Counted from the first letter of the stretch, positions 1 to 32,412 are shown. The stretch is 64,000 nucleotides of DNA from Chrysomallon squamiferum (GCA_012295275.1 CM022676.1:744001-808000); one strand, 5' to 3'. Notes: a model not told the origin generated them from the letters alone. Numbers and translations: made by a program.

Positions 1-546
1 CTCAGATCTATGTTAACTACAGAACACTCTACACCTCTCAGATCTGTGTTAACTACAGAACACTCTACACCTCTCACATCTGTGTTAACTACAGAACACT
101 CTACACCTCTCACATCTGTGTTAACTACAGAACACTCTACACCTCTCAGATCTATTTAACTACAGAACACTCTACACCTCTCACATCTGTGTTAACTACA
201 GAACACTCTACACCTCTCACATCTGTGTTAACTATAGAACACTCTACACCTCTCAGATCTATGTTAACTATAGAACACTCTACACCTCTCAGATCTATTT
301 AACTATAGAACACTCTACACCTCTCAGATCTATTTAACTACAGAACACTCTACACCTCTCAGATCTATGTTAACTACAGAACACTCTACACCTCTCACAT
401 CTATGTTAACTACAGAACACTCTACACCTCTCACATCTATTTAACTACAGAACACTCTACACCTCTCAGATCTATTTAACTACAGAACACTCTACACCTC
501 TTAAATCTATTTAACTACAGAACACTCTACACCTCTTAAATCTATA
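1..546. repeat. 36/34-bp minisatellite, about 15 copies, truncated by the window edge
   Basis: Unit CTCAGATCTATGTTAACTACAGAACACTCTACACCT. Confidence 0.95.
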
Positions 547-948
547 TTTACTATCACACTATATATTATTATGGCCACAGTTTACATAGATAATCAGACA
601 AGAAGGCTCCAAACCACAGCTTATGATAAATTCTTTACTGCTTAGCAGAAACTGATTCTTTATATAAACCCTCCCATTGTCAGGAATATAGAACATATAT
701 TTATAAAAAAAATAAAACAGTAAGACAGATGATATCGTTCATCCAGAGGTACAGCTAAATAAATCAATTTTGTTTTCTAAAATATATATATATTTTTAAA
801 AAATTAAAAATTACTATTAGAGAATGATTCATATTCATAATTATATTAAACGTTGTTAATAAATCATTACAATGATACTTATAGACAAACTAACAATGTA
901 AAAAGTAAGCAGTTAAAAATACAATTTAAAAACACTCAATGTACACAC

Positions 949-13450
<12,502 letters not shown>

Positions 13451-14097
13451 CAGTAACTCCTTTGTGAAAAACAAAAACCGAATAAAATGTATTTATTAAA
13501 CAATCTCCTTAAAACTTTGAGTTATTCTCTGCTGTTATCCACTCATGTCACGTCAGAGTCTGCGCGCGCTCTACTCCTCCCAGTGTCGTCTGCTCGTGTT
13601 TAGCTAGGACGCCATTCTGTAACCACGCAGCACTGCTTAATACAACTTGCACTCAGCCGGTCGATTTCGGCTTCTATTGTAGTCAGAAAGCAAAAGCAGC
13701 AATCACAATGGATGTTTAATTCTACATATGACGTACTTAGCTGGGATAATCTTTGCTTAATCACCTAACAAGAGATTTTATCCACAAGATTAACAAAAAA
13801 CTGTTACGTACTTATGTCTTCAGACTAAATCACGAACTAAGTTTAGTTAACAGAAACACTTAGTAGGTATTCACATAAAAATGAAATATAAAAAAAAAAA
13901 AGTTTGTAATTTAGTTTGGTAATATCAGAACGAATGAACAGTTAGTTCAGTAATATCCTAAAGCAACAATTACTGGACAGGAAGAATTTTAAATAAAGGA
14001 TTCCTTGAAAATAATTTGCATGCTTTGTCTTGAAATACAAATACTGAGAGACAGTAGGTAAACATACACATCATTACACGACATTGATCTCTGACAG

Positions 14098-14375
<278 letters not shown>

Positions 14376-16639
14376 AATTGCATGTATGTATATTGGAAAA
14401 AGTCTGAGGTCGACAAGGTCAGTAACCTTGACCGTATCAAATACTTCTGCTTCACCAGTATAAACTCGTCACTGTGTTTCTTTGTTACCCGTGTTCTGGC
14501 TGCCACTGTTATTTGTACACCTCCGCGTTTGAGCGTTCTCTTACGCCCCACAGACAATAATTATTACCATTGTTTGTTTCATACAAATATGAATACTGTG
14601 AACGAAAATAATCGTAAAGAAAAATATTAGGGTGAAACGGAATGAAAACAATCTGTATTCTGTGATTATTAGCTGCAAACACTGCAGGTCACAACAGAGC
14701 GGGATTAGACTTTTTCTACTGGTTTCAGTATTAAACATTTACTTCTGTAACACAACATGTACATATATGTGTGTACCTGTGTAAGCTACACGTGTGTATG
14801 CTGTTAACCGCTAAAATAGTAAACTTTGATTTTTATCTTTTAAAATTATTTAGAGGGGCTAAGGAAATATTAGGCCTACTTGTACGAAAGAAAATTATAA
14901 TAAGATGAAAAAGCGAAAACAGGCTTTGTAATTCTTGCACTCGGCTTTATTATTATTATTATTATTATTTGTATTTTTTTTTTGTTTTCAACGTAACATA
15001 AATCGTAAATAAATAAATAAAAAACAATAATAATAACAATAACAAAATAATAAAATAAAACTACAAAAACAAACTCCACAGGACCTTGAAAAATTAAAAA
15101 ACGCTAGTAGAGTTGTTTCCCTTGGAACGAAACAACAACTAACCGCTAAGATTCACTGTTAATTCCAATATTTTAATTTTCTTAAATTTATATTTATTAT
15201 TATTTTAATTTTTTCGCCCAGTTTGTAAAATATTATAAATTTTCACATTTTTAAATTTTCATTTATTTTAACTTTCTTTTTCATCTTACTTTTTCTCTGT
15301 AGAGTAAAAGTAATAACTTTAATTTAAAATAATAATAATATTTAAACGTAATGAATTCTGTCGCCTTTAAAAGAAAAGAAAATAAAGAAGAAAATACTAA
15401 ATTAAATTTTGTTAACAACTATTATTAGAGAGGATTAATGTTCACACACCTTTGTCGAGAATGTTTGAATCATTACAGAATTCACAGTGTAAATCAAATT
15501 AAATTAAACCAGTATTTGTTAGGTGCAGATATGTAATTACAATAACTATTTTAAATTATTTCCAACTTTTCTCTCTTTATCTCTTCACAAATCCTGTCCG
15601 TCTGTCTATCTGTCTGTGTGTCTGTCTATATATCTATCTTTCTTGAAATTACATTCAAAGTAACAAAATTTATTAAAAAAAAATAATATTTGAATTATTT
15701 TCTAATTATTATAACATATTGTATTAATTAATTATATTGTATTGTATTGTATAATATTTATTTATTTTGTTTCCATTTGTTTACGGTATACATACAAACG
15801 AACAACATACTGAATAAAATACAAATTATATTCTTTATTCAATTATTTAATAATAACTGTGTATATTGTATATACCAAAAACAATTATTACGACATATAA
15901 ATCTTTATATTTGAAACTACATAATTACAAATTTAAGTTGAAAAGAAATATCACATCTTTCATAAGATAATAAACAAAACAGTTAATAAGAGTTAAAAAT
16001 TTAAAAATTTATATAAAACACATGTGATGATAATAAAATATACACGTATGAAAAAATAAACAAAATAGATGGCATGTACTGTTTGAAACATCTTATTGTG
16101 TGTACGGACAATTTGATTCGGTGAAGATTTACGAGAAAGTCTGGATTTGTGGGTGAACCCTCTGCCAGGTTTCCTCCCAAACGTCACCAAACCGTGACCT
16201 GAGTTGAATCAACTGCATGACCAGTAAGCATGTGACTGATGGGAGGAATCGCCTTCCACACAGATTACGACTTCCTATGAGGTTTGTGAATTCTTTTTCA
16301 TTAATCAACATTCTTATATATATATATACATACACACACAGAAATGAGAAATCCCAGTGCATTTTACGGTGTCCCCAAGTATAAACAGCTCAGTGAAGTT
16401 TTTACGAGAACGTTGCTGTATCCTCAGTGTTAATCATTAGAACAGCTGACTTAAATTTACTTACCACTTTCCTCCTCGTTTATATTTAACTTCATATTTG
16501 TTTATAATTATTTTTTGCTATTATCACTTTTTTATTTTGCTTCTTTATATATTTTTTATTCCACGCTTATGCATTATTTATTATTATGTTAATATTAGTG
16601 TTAACATTCTTGTTGTTGGTGCTGTTGGTGCTGTTGTGT

Positions 16640-20672
<4,033 letters not shown>

Positions 20673-22462
20673 TTCACTGACTGGTTTCTCTTTACGAGAT
20701 TCTCTTTTGTTTCTGTCGTTTGTCTTACTTTTCGTTTTTACCTGAATTCGCTTGTCGTTGGCCTATAATGTTGTCGCTTGGTAGTCAGTTCTTCCTGTTA
20801 GACGTTTCGGATATTTCTGATACATTTTTCCATGCATTGTCACAAATTATTCTTTAAGTTTGTAATTTCACGTTTTCAGCGATTGGCTTCATTGATTTCC
20901 TTTCCAACAACTGCTAGCCTCAGGCAAAGATAATGTTCAGAATGTGCCAGTTATTTACAGAGCTATAAACAAATAGAAAAATAAAAATAAAAAATAAAAA
21001 AATGAAAAAATATTTATTACGCTACATTATATTCGTGTGTTAAACTATACGAAGTCGCGCCTGTGCACAGAGAATTACTCAGCATGAACCGTAGATACTG
21101 GTGAATACACGCACACCGGGCGCAGCCGAGTCACAGTAACCTCTCTTCCATCGAAAACTGCCTGAACCTGCATTACCACGTGATGTCTGCGTAACACTAC
21201 ATTTAACTGATAGAAATAAACCTTGTATCCAGACTGCGTTAAATAAACCTAGTAGAGTCTTAATACTTTATTACTAAAATTGCTCTAGCACATTATCAGT
21301 ATTGATAACAGGTTTACACTCAATAAAAGATCATAAAATCAAAATATAGTTTCCACTTGTACTGTTATTAATGATATTGCAATTAGCTACGAAGAAGAAC
21401 ATTTTTATAATTATAATGCAGTTCTTTATCCTTTTTTATCGTTTGCTGATATGTCGCAGAATGAAATATTAACCCAAACTGACAGCAGATTATTTTGTTT
21501 TATGTAAATATTATTTTAGTGCGATGTCACAAGCAATGTGATAGAATCAGGGTATAAGACACAGCGATCTGTCATTTCGTTTTGTTTTATTGCAAATGTC
21601 ACTGGTCTTTAGAGCAGTTCTTACCAGAATGTCTGTTTGTCTGTCTGCATGTTTGTTTATCTATACTTCACCCTACTCACACTGACACATAAACCAGCCA
21701 TGAGAATATAAAATACTGTTATTATTTCATTCATTCGTTCATTTCTTCATTCATTGTTATATTTATTTATTTATTATGAAATAGTCATAACTTAGCGTTT
21801 AGCAAGAGACAACAGATGTGAAAATCGATCGCTGACATCTCAAACTTGATCGTGTCTGTTCAGTTTGTATCAAGCCAGTGAAAAAATAAAACTATGAAAT
21901 AATTAAACTCCTTCCAGAAAAAAAAAAAAAACCCACACAAAAAAATGATAATAAATAAATTGATAATTCCCAAGCCAAACTGAGGTCCATATTGAATCCT
22001 AAACATTTGATGTTTTGTTTTATCTATCCCAAAAATGTATAGAAAATGTATTGCATACATACATACATACATACATACATACATACATACATAAACCTAT
22101 ACATACGCACATAATTATAGGGAAACATATCTGCACTTCTATATACATATGTACACACAAAAATTACGCACAAGATATATATGAATTTCAACCTGAATTC
22201 AGAAGTTAACCGTACTAAAACATTATATCGATCAAAACATGCTTACGGAACACAACGACTGAGGCAACGTCTGCACCAGAGAACACCGCGACACACCTGA
22301 CTGATTTCATATGTCGTCCTCTCTCTGAAATGTGTGTCAGACGTAACCAGTAAAACTGCACATGAAAACAGAACACTAACAGAATCCGCAACTTAATATC
22401 CGTATAATTTTCACTAAGTAAGAATGAACTCATATATTAGTAAACCGACACTTTTAACACAG

Positions 22463-23495
22463 TTAAAACATTGAGTAAATACGCACTGTTCACGCAATTA
22501 AAACACTGAGTAAATACGCACTGTTCACGCAATTAAAACACTGAGTAAATACGCACTGTTCACGCAATTAAAACACTGAGTAAATACGCACTGTTCACGC
22601 AATTAAAACATTGAGTAAATACGCACTGTTAACACAATTAAAACACTGAGTAAATACGCACTGTTCACGCAATTAAAACACTGAGTAAATACGCACTGTT
22701 AACACAATTAAAACACTGAGTAAATACGCACTGTTCACGCAATTAAAACATTGAGTAAATACGCACTGTTAACACAATTAAAACACTGAGTAAATACGCA
22801 CTGTTAACGCAATTAAAACACTGAGTAAATACGCACTGTTAACGCAATTAAAACACTGAGTAAATACGCACTGTAAATACGCACTGTTAACGCAATTAAA
22901 ACACTGAGTAAATACGCACTGTTAACGCAATTAAAACACTGAGTAAATACGCACTGTTAACGCAATTAAAACACTGAGTAAATACGCACTGTTAACGCAA
23001 TTAAAACACTGAGTAAATACGCACTGTTAACGCAATTAAAACACTGAGTAAATACGCACTGTTAACGCAATTAAAACACTGAGTAAATACGCACTGTTAA
23101 CGCAATTAAAACACTGAGTAAATACGCACTGTTAACGCAATTAAAACACTGAGTAAATACGCACTGTTAACACAATTAAAACACTGAGGAAATACGCACT
23201 GTTAACGCAATTAAAACACTGAGTAAACGCACACTGTTAACGCAATTAAAACACTGAGTAAATACGCACTGTTAACACAATTAAAACACTGAGGAAATAC
23301 GCACTGTTAACGCAATTAAAACACTGAGTAAATACGCACTGTTAACGCAATTAAAACACTGAGTAAATACGCACTGTTAACGCAATTAAAACACTGAGGA
23401 AATACGCACTGTTAACGCAATTAAAACACTGAGTAAATACGCACTGTTAACGCAATTAAAACACTGAGGAAATACGCACTGTTAACGCAATTAAA
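22463..23495. repeat. 35-bp minisatellite, about 29 copies
   Basis: Unit TTAAAACACTGAGTAAATACGCACTGTT(A/C)ACGCAA. Confidence 0.96.
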
Positions 23496-24390
23496 GCTCT
23501 GTTTTATAACCAATATTGAATAAATCCTTTCCAAATATCAACTAGTTATAAATGACCGTGTCCGCCCAGCTCAGCGGGTCCGTGTTTGCTGTAAACACTT
23601 TACACACAATAAAAACATACAACAGCGAGCCATACACTTCTATTTATAGAACAAGTGCCCGACACTTTTTCTCTTCAGTAAGGTTTTTCTTTTTTTAGTG
23701 TGTGTTTGGTGTCACTAGTTATGTCTCCTTTTCATTCCACATCCGTTACGTATTCTTTAGCTCTTTCACAGTGTTTATGTTTCATTCTGACGTACTTCTG
23801 TGTATATCTGAATTCAGTGTATATATTTGAGTACCACTCTGTACATCTCTGGGTATCACTGTGCATATATTTCCGTATCACTGTCTGTATGTTTAGGTAT
23901 CACTGTGTATATATTTCTGTATAACTGTGTATACATTTTTGTATCTCTCGGTATATATTTGTGTATCTGTATATATTTGTGTATCTCTGTGTATATATGT
24001 CTGTATCTCTGTGTATATATTTGTGTATCTATGTATATAGTTGTGTATCTCTGTGTATATATGTCTGTATCTCTGTGTATCTCTGTGTATATATTTGTGT
24101 ATCTATGTATATATGTGTGTATCTCTGTGTATATATTTCTGTATCTCTGTGTATCTCTGTGTATATATTTGTGTATTACTGTGTATATATTTGTGTATCA
24201 CTGTGTACATATTTGTGTATAACTGTGTATACATTTATGTTTATGTATATATTTGTGTATCTCTGTGTATATGTTTGTGATTCGCTGTATATACATTTGT
24301 GTATCACTGTGTATATTTTTAGATATTACTGTATATATATTTGTGTTATAACACAGGTTTTTTGGTCTCACTACATAGATGTCTAGTTTA

Positions 24391-24464
<74 letters not shown>

Positions 24465-25599
24465 CGTATTTGATTTCTTTCTGTCTCTCTGTTTTCTTTT
24501 GTTGTCTTTGTGTTTGTATATTCCCCATTCTAAATATTCTGAAATGTTTTCTGTTTGTGTGTTCCACTATTTTTGTGTTGCTATTTTTTTCGTGTAAAGA
24601 TGATGGCATGACGTATTATTCAGGTTAGTTTTATGTCTTGCGTGCTACACCAGACTTGAATACGGCTTAATTACCAAACCAGATCTGAAATAGAGCCTGT
24701 ATAAAAATTTCTATTATAAATGAACCAATTAATATCACCTTTTTTCACAAGGTCACATCTGAAGAATAAGTAATATGTTAACATCGCACGCTTCAGTACA
24801 TTATTTAAATATTTATTGATATGGAAATGAGACACAGCAGTAATGAAAAGCAGATAAGCTCAGTTAGTGTATAATATCATCAATCCATGAAAATAAAAAC
24901 GATGTTGACGGTTCTGTGGTGACAAACTGTCCGTTCACCTTAATATTAATGTTTGCAAAGTTTCATCTTGCAAAGAAAGGTCACTGAACTTTGAAGCGAG
25001 AAATGGAAACATAAAACATTAAAGATCAAAGAGAATTTTCAGACGTCAGCTAATAAATAATGAAGTAAGTGAAGACAGAATGAGAGTGAGAAACGAACAG
25101 AAAATAATGTCAGAGATAAATAAGAGACATACAGACAGACTGACAAATATAACCTTAACCATTATTATTATTATCAATCAATTAATAAACATAATATAAT
25201 ATAATATTAACATAATATAACATAATACAGTACAATATTCTATAGTATAATATACAATAATATACTATAATATACTATAATATTACTATAATATAATATA
25301 ATATTACTATAATATAATATAATATTACTATAATATAACATAATACAATAAAATATAAGATAATATAATATATAATGTAATATAATAAGAATCATAATAC
25401 AAACATACGATTACCTCCCATCTGTCATATACTGATTTGTCGTACAGTTTATAACAACACAGGTCAAGATTTGGTGCACACTTAATCCTCTGCCTTTTAC
25501 CCAGATAAAAAATGGTATGAACCCACACTGTTGTATATTGTATGTTTACCGGCAGTAAATAAATGAAAGAAAGGCTTATAATTATTTATACATTTTATT

Positions 25600-26420
25600 T
25601 CACCCAGATAATTCGATCACTTCAGTTTCAGTAGATAGCCTACCGCATCTAAGAACTCGAGGTGCGTTTTCTGCTGATGTTTGAGTCTGTTTCCCACCTC
25701 TCTGCTTGCGGGATGGAGGAGCAGCTCCAAAGTCAGTCTGGGAAATCTTGTCTTTGTCCGCACACTTCTTAATGTCCACAAACTGACGGCTGTCTGTCTG
25801 CTGGGCAGCAAGACGTACATAGCGCGTAGGTGGCTGACCCGCTCCTGTCATGAATAATGTAAACTTGATCCCAGAGCTCAGGACATGAAGAAAAGATGCC
25901 GTCCATGTAGATATTGTCGACCGACTGCAAAGCACGAAGCTGTTGATCAGTGGAGAAGATCAGGAGGAAAGGGTGGCCATCAGTAGTTTCTGACCAGTCG
26001 CCAGTAAGGTTTACGTCGGGTCACGAAGTGCAGGGATCTGCTTCAGTCGATGTGTGTACAGTGCGCTGCTCACGCTGTGGAATGATGGCAATACTCGGAC
26101 TTGATCTGAGTCATGTCTGACTTTCTCTTCATTGTAAACAGCATTCAACGGTGTTGTTTCTTTTCTGGCCCGCTTTCGCATAGTGCTGGGGAACTTCAGA
26201 CGCTCTGAATCTTGTGGTCAGTGGTGTTCCTGACGTCATCATGAACGGCAGTGCATCTTCCACTGCAAGTCTTGATGAAACATTTCCAGTGAGTACAAGT
26301 CTCTCGAGCAGCATTCTTGTTCTAGATGTGACTATCTAATTTGACTTGCGGCGTACCCGTCTGTAACAATAAATACTCCACTTTCCGATGTCCAGCCATG
26401 GTGCAAGTATGCCATGATTT
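25600..26420 (-). mobile_element. Fossil Mutator-like (MULE) transposase with FLYWCH-like zinc finger, frameshifted
   Basis: Minus-strand pieces in different frames: THWKCFIKTCSGRC...DH (FLYWCH-like); FLLIFSTDQQLRALQSVDNIYMDGIFSSCPELWDQVYIIH (MULE DGTF motif region); YVLLPS; ISQTDFGAA (TDFE motif). Boundaries are approximate. Confidence 0.8.
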
Positions 26421-26836
26421 CACATTCCACAGTTTTATATGTGTGTATGTCTTGTGTCTCAAAAGCTACTAATTGAATAAATTCACTACAATCTGAGAAT
26501 AGTATTTCACAATTGGAATTCTATCAAAAATATAATTTTTATATTTCATTGCTATATCAAAACATGTCTCTTTCAAAGTCCTTATCCTGTTTAAGCATCT
26601 CCTTACAATTGGTGTAACCATGAACACGTGCTGCCCACCGGAGTTGTGATTACAGCAGTTAGCAGTGAGACTAGCTGATCATTCCCCACACAGGTGTGCC
26701 CAGCTTACTTACTGCTTGACTGCTTTCCAAGTTGTACGACTACTGACCATGTAACGTTTGGGAGGATACCAAACATATCAATGTAAGTTATGTAAGTACT
26801 GATAATCTGCTGTGAGACACTGCAGAACCATTTTTA

Positions 26837-27185
26837 TCAACACACTGTAGAGAACACACTTTGTCAACACACAGCAAAGAACACACTGTAGAGAACACAC
26901 TTTATCAACACACTGTAGACAACACACTTTATCAACACACTGTAGAGAACATACTGCATCAACACAGAGTAGAGAACACACTGTATCAACACACTGTAGA
27001 GAACATACTGCATCAACACAGAGTAGAGAACACACTGTATCAACACACTGTAGAGAACATACTGCATCAACACAGAGTAGAGAACACACTGTATCAACAC
27101 ACTGTAGAGAACACACTGTATCAACACAGAGTAGAGAACACTGTAGAGAACATACTGTAGAGAACACACTTTATGAACACAGAGT
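26837..27185. repeat. About 27-bp tandem repeat (ATCAACACACTGTAGAGAACACACTGT and variants)
   Basis: About 12 copies. Confidence 0.9.
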
Positions 27186-27854
27186 ACTAACAGCTCTATT
27201 ATCATCTTCTTACTCGGCCAAAACTCGTTATTCCGTACTTTATCAAATAAGCTCCTGAGTGTCCACAAAATCTCTCTCTCATTTTCTCTTTCTTCTTCTT
27301 TCTCTCTATCCATTTTTTTTCATTCACAACTTTCTCTGTGCTGTCATTTATCAGTCTGTCTCTGTGTTTGTATGTCTGTTTTTCTGTCTAATCGTTTATC
27401 TCTCTCTAAATAACTATCTATTTTTTCTATTTTTTGTTTGTCTATCTAATATATTTTCAGTTATGAGAGCCAAAGAAAAGACTTTTGTTTTTGTTAACAG
27501 ATGACTTATTTTACAGCAATGGTGACTGAGACAATGGAATGGAATTATTGCTTCGTTTGTATTTAGAGATATAACAATACATCAGTGGAAACAAACAGTA
27601 TTTACTGGCACAAGAAATGTGATGAAGAAAACGTGTACGGCGATGTAGCTTACACATTACTTACTTGGCTAAGTCTAAAACATTATTCGTAAATCGCTGT
27701 TCGCAGCAAACAGATAAATGTGGATCGGTTTTATATAGAAATAATAATAATAAATAATAAAAAGACGAAAAACAACAAAACAATAACACAATATTTATTA
27801 CTGACACTTATATTATAAAAGCAATTTTTCATGTAAAAATCAGTCATAAAGTGT

Positions 27855-28215
27855 ACGTGTGTATGTATGTGTATATATGTGTGTGAATGTATGTGTGTAC
27901 GTGTGTATATGTGTATATAGATATCATGTATGAACCATAGTATATATGTATATGTATATATGTGTGTGAATGTATGTGTGTACGTGTGTATATGTGTATA
28001 TAGATATCTATGTATGAACCATAGTATATATGTATATGTATATATGTGTGTGAATGTGTGTATATATGCGTGTGTATGTATGTGTGTACGTGTGTATATG
28101 TGTATATAGATATCTATGTATGAACCATAGTATATATGTATATGTATATATGTGTGTGAATGTGTGTATATATGCGTGTGTATGTATGTGTGTACGTGTG
28201 TATATGTGTATGTAT
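27855..28215. repeat. Compound TG/TA tandem repeat, about 80-110-bp higher-order unit, 3-4 copies
   Basis: GTATGAACCATAGTATATATG recurs near 27928, 28012 and 28118. Confidence 0.8.
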
Positions 28216-31200
28216 ATATATATATATAAATATGTGTGCGTGCGTGCGTGAGTTTGCGTGTGACTGAATGCTGGAGTATAACAGACGCTACGAGCTCTTT
28301 CTTCACTGAATGATAATGACGATGTTACTCTTTGACACGTATATAAAAACACTGTGAAGTGACAAGTGTATCATGTCACACTACACTGACACAGATACTA
28401 CACGTCGTCTGTGACCTCCGACCCACGCTGAAACCTTATCAAGCCACTTACATAAGTAGTGAAACACGTGCTTAGCGGCTGTGCACAGCAGTTACCTGTA
28501 CAAGTTGTTACGTTTTCACATTGCTAAGCAAGAAAGAGAAAGGTAAGGATAAGAAGATAAGACTTTTGATACAAATGAATTACAATGCGAGTACTTGCCA
28601 GACAGGACTGCTTGTATTTGTACTGTGAAGTAAGCTGTGTCACGTTTAAAGAACGGTGTTTCTGTACGGTGAGGATTGTTGAGAAACTGCAAACAGGGCG
28701 TATTTTATACGGAAGGAAATAATACGTTGTGGTCGATAGTCACGGGAAAAAAAAGAAAGAAAACTGATTAAATTTATATAAAATGGTTTTGTGAACTACC
28801 CGTGGAAAACTAGCTCGGCTGAGTCTGGCCTACTTTCGAGATGGTAGTTTCCCTCTGGCGGACATATCTGATTTGTCTGTACGTTCAACTGAGGAAAGTC
28901 TGCTAGGATACTTCTGTATCACGTGATCGGGAATGTGATAAGAAGATTCTTCAGTCCAAAAAGCTTTTCAGTCTAATGAAAGAATGAACGGAAATAAACC
29001 TGATGACGAAAAGGTATTCACAAACTTTGATAGCTGGTAAGACTATAAGACATCACGCACAAACACACACGTGTATGTTCATTCATATATCTATCAACAT
29101 TACTTTCTTTCGTGTAGTTTCATGTCGAGTTTTGCTTGTGTGACTTACGTAATACATTTTCATGATGAATGTGCTTCATCACCGCAAATACAATCAAATC
29201 CAAATGTGTTTGTAGTCTCTTTATGTATTAATATTATTATTATTGTTTTTATTTTTTTTTTATATAATTATTATTATTATTATTGTTTTTATTTTTTTTT
29301 ATATAATTATTATTATTATTATTTATTGTTTTTTTTTACTTGTTTCGTTAAGTGTTTGTATATATAATTTATGTAGATTTTATAAATAACACATTATTAC
29401 TTTAGTACTTGTTTAAATGTCGTAATAGATAGACAGGTAGACAGCTAGATAGATACACACAAATAACATGTGTACATGTGTATATAAAAGACTTAACTTT
29501 TGGAGTGTAGTATATCAGTAATGGTTGGCTACATTAAACACAAGCTTAATGAAGCGCAGCAGCATAACGGTTACTGGTCTCGGTCCGTGCCCTGCGGTAC
29601 ATTTATAAATATTTAGTGTGAAGAGATTATTTAAATAATTTGTGATAATGTCTGAACTGCTGAATAAGCTTTTTTATGTACAGTACTTAACTTATTTTCA
29701 ACATTGTTCTTATATACTGTATTCTACAAATTCAGTCTTTCTGTTCGGGTAGCGAATTCTCATTCTCGTCTTCTTTTTTCTTTTTCTTTTTTCTACTAAA
29801 GGTTCTAGCGAGCCTGTCATAGGCTAATAGTTCTATGTTAGTGTGTTACTGAGAAAAACTAGTAAGAGATTTGTACCTCATACAAACAAGACATAATGAG
29901 AAAGAATGAAATAAGAAATATATTAAAATAACTAGTATACATGTACAGCTACTCCACTTATTCACAGACATTTGGATCGACTAACAATTAAAATATAACT
30001 CAATTAAAACAGGAATCACTATATTGAACACTATTTTAATTTCAACCTCAACAACTGTAGAAATCATTATTATTATCAATCAATTAATTAATCAAACAAT
30101 CGATCTGCAAACCAATCGAACATTTCGTCTGTTGTTAACTACACCGGAGATTATGTTAGTCAGGGATGGATGGTTGTAAGCAGAACCTATATACACAGTG
30201 TAGATATAAGTTTATGTACAAAACACTGTTCTCAGTTAGCATTGGTAAATATGACATTAAACGTGTTCCAGTGATAGCGTAAAGCTTATCTGAGCGGCCT
30301 TGAAGATTCTTTTAAAATCAGGACTTATAAAGCCAGTAGAAAAGCAGATATTTAATATATATCTACGTATTTCTGCATGGCTGAATATTATTTAAAAGAA
30401 AGATTATATTTCACATGAGTTTATCAAATAATTATTTCATTTTCACTGAGAGCTGAAAACGCAAAACGATTAACATGCAATTTATGTTACATATCAAGAC
30501 TTTTAAAAAAATATATTTTTTTTTTTTTTTTTTTTTTTCGGAGATTAGGCAGGTTGTAGCTCACTAATTAATGCTGAGTCTTCGAGTGACAGATCGGCGG
30601 ATCAATACTCCTCCCTACCTGCTCTAGACTGCTGTTTTCTGCATTGTTAAAGTGAACAAACAAAAAATAATCTTTGGCTGTTTATAGAAAAAGAATGCTG
30701 GCGAGTTGATATCTCTGTGAACATTAGAAAAACTTCAGTCCTCAACAATCACAACCAATTCTACGAAAATGATTTGTATCAAATGCCACGTAAGTAGATA
30801 TTAAATTGAGGAAAATATATCCTGTATAAAGATCACGTGATTAAATACACACACACACACACACACACACACAGATATAGGTACATACATGCATGCATAC
30901 ATACATGTATATAAACACACACATGCTAACATATATATATATACACACATTAGACACGAACATGCACAAACAAATACATACACATACATACACAAACATT
31001 TATTTATACTGAATAAAATAAATAAATAACTCTATGAAAATTGAACTCACAGTCTTCCATCTGCGAAGACGGGACGGTGCCACGTAGCTAGGTTACAGCG
31101 CTTTTCTACGCTTCTCGAGTCACAGACGAGTGCATTTTCATTATCGTTTCTGCTTGGCTGGCTGCATTCGCCACAACCCGGTTCAAACCAGTTACAAGCA

Positions 31201-31794
31201 TTTTCAATAACGTATTGAACGCGTCACCTATTTACCTACCTTCGTGCAGTAGTTCGGGTGAAAGTCTGAACCATCAGAACTGCCACAGCTAGTAAGTGAC
31301 ATATTTTAATTTTATTTACTTCAGTAATCTTTGAATTTGCTCTGTTTGTTTTATTTTACGTACATCTGCTTGCATAATTTATTTCACATTAAATCGCAGC
31401 ATATAAATGTGACGTGTGCCAGAAAAGAAACCAGCTTTAATACTGAGTAGTAGCTATTTATAGTTTGTGTGTGCGTGTTTTGTGTAAGTGCGTTTGTGTA
31501 AGTATATGTGCGTCGGTGAGACAGAGAAATACAGACAGACGAACAGACAAACAGAAAGTGACAGAGAAAAGAAGTAGAATGTGAGATAAATAACAGACAG
31601 ATGGACTGAATGTGAAGTTTTGTTTTTACACGTATTTTGTGAAAAGACAGGCAAGAGAAGAAAGAAAGAAGAGAGAATGATCGAAGAATTACAAGACAGA
31701 AACAAATAATATTACAAACAGACGCTGAAAATAGAGCAACAACAACCACCATAAACTGTCAAATACTCTCTCTGTCAGTTTTCTCTCTTTCTCT

Positions 31795-31844
<50 letters not shown>

Positions 31845-32352
31845 GCCAATTTCTTTTTATATACGGATGAAATATATTCACATTCTGTTTACATTAATTA
31901 CTGTTATTTTATTGTGATGAGTTTGCACAAGATGTCACACATAACTACGACACACTAAAATGCACAGAAGCTTTTCATGTTTATTTTTAAATAAGTTAGC
32001 CTCTAATTATCAGTTGAACAATAAGAAGATTTGTAGTTGTATGTTAATGTTTAAAAACACATAACATTTAAGAACGTATTTCTATAAAGTAAATTATCAG
32101 ATTGCTTAATAAAAAGATGAAACATATTCTGACCTACTGATATGTTTAAATTATAATACATACATAAATGTATTTCTTCGTATATTATATATATATATAT
32201 AGATATATCCTGACAGTTCCTCTTTCAACGTTTGTAACTATGTGTGTTCATATATGTATATATATATATATATGTGCAAAGGCAGAGAGAAAAACTAGAG
32301 AGAAGGAAGTGAATAATATGTTCAGCATACATAAAATACACACAATGTATTT

Positions 32353-32412
<60 letters not shown>

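Noticed and set aside
22463-23495. CRISPR-like appearance of this and the other 30-36-bp arrays
   Set aside because: Units are head-to-tail with no unique spacers, there are no cas genes, and the context is eukaryotic.
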